Positions 63,884 through 64,000 of a stretch of DNA of 64,000 nucleotides are shown here, piece after piece (position 1 is the stretch's first letter; each line of letters begins with the position of its first letter). Under the pieces are notes generated by a model. It did no database searches. It was not told where the DNA came from and saw only the letters and a program-made list of their open reading frames with translations. The DNA lies in NCBI GenBank assembly GCA_963843845.1, contig CAWJMB010000005.1, forward strand, positions 92,160-156,159, given 5' to 3'. Both the position numbers and the translations under genes were made by a program. Origin of the DNA: an uncultured Gemmatimonadaceae bacterium (GTDB lineage: Bacteria; Gemmatimonadota; Gemmatimonadetes; Gemmatimonadales; Gemmatimonadaceae).

Positions 63884-64000
63884 ATGAGTGAGGCCACCGC
63901 CAAACAGCTCGCCCTCCGCGCGCTCGAAGACCTGCCCGAGGACGCGACGTTCGAGGACGCGATGGAGCGGCTCTACTTCCTGGAGAAGATCGAGCGCGGC
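63884..64000 (+). CDS. Cassette 4 (partial): small protein resembling antitoxins found upstream of RelE/ParE toxins
   Basis: RBS GAGGTG, then MSEATAKQLALRALEDLPEDATFEDAMERLYFLEKIERG; truncated by window end. Confidence 0.6.
   Translation, partial: MSEATAKQLALRALEDLPEDATFEDAMERLYFLEKIERG

Larger units (their letters stand above)
61216..64000 (+). mobile_element. Integron gene-cassette array (at least 4 cassettes, continues past window end); no intI in window
   Basis: Single co-oriented ORFs separated by three attC sites; each cassette's 5' core sequence is complementary to its own R'' box. Confidence 0.92.

Overview
Very GC-rich bacterial chromosomal segment. The gene repertoire (SusC/SusD-like TonB pairs, secreted peptidases and amidohydrolases, a membrane Ser/Thr kinase) suggests a Gemmatimonadota (Gemmatirosa-like) host; this is an inference. 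About 61 kb is ordinary metabolic and transport content: PQQ dehydrogenase, M20/S9/S58 peptidases, GGT, two SusC/SusD pairs, GH63, GH13, beta-alanine transaminase with MmsA, tartrate dehydrogenase, DctA, PnuC and gnd-zwf-pgl. Many of these genes are broken by single-base indels, most likely long-read errors. Two accessory elements stand out. (1) A BsuBI/PstI-type restriction-modification pair at 41.3-43.8 kb. (2) Right after pgl, an integron gene-cassette array: an attI-like site with direct repeats, three homogeneous 96-97 bp attC sites, and four cassettes (McrA-like HNH nuclease, GIY-YIG nuclease, divergent GIY-YIG protein, probable antitoxin), with no integrase gene next to the attI. Other observations: the heptamer GTTAGGC, identical to the integron core site, accounts for most rare TTA Leu codons in host genes; there is a candidate beta-amino-acid amide uptake and catabolism locus; and there are several families of short periodic palindromic repeats, one inserted in-frame in ggt.
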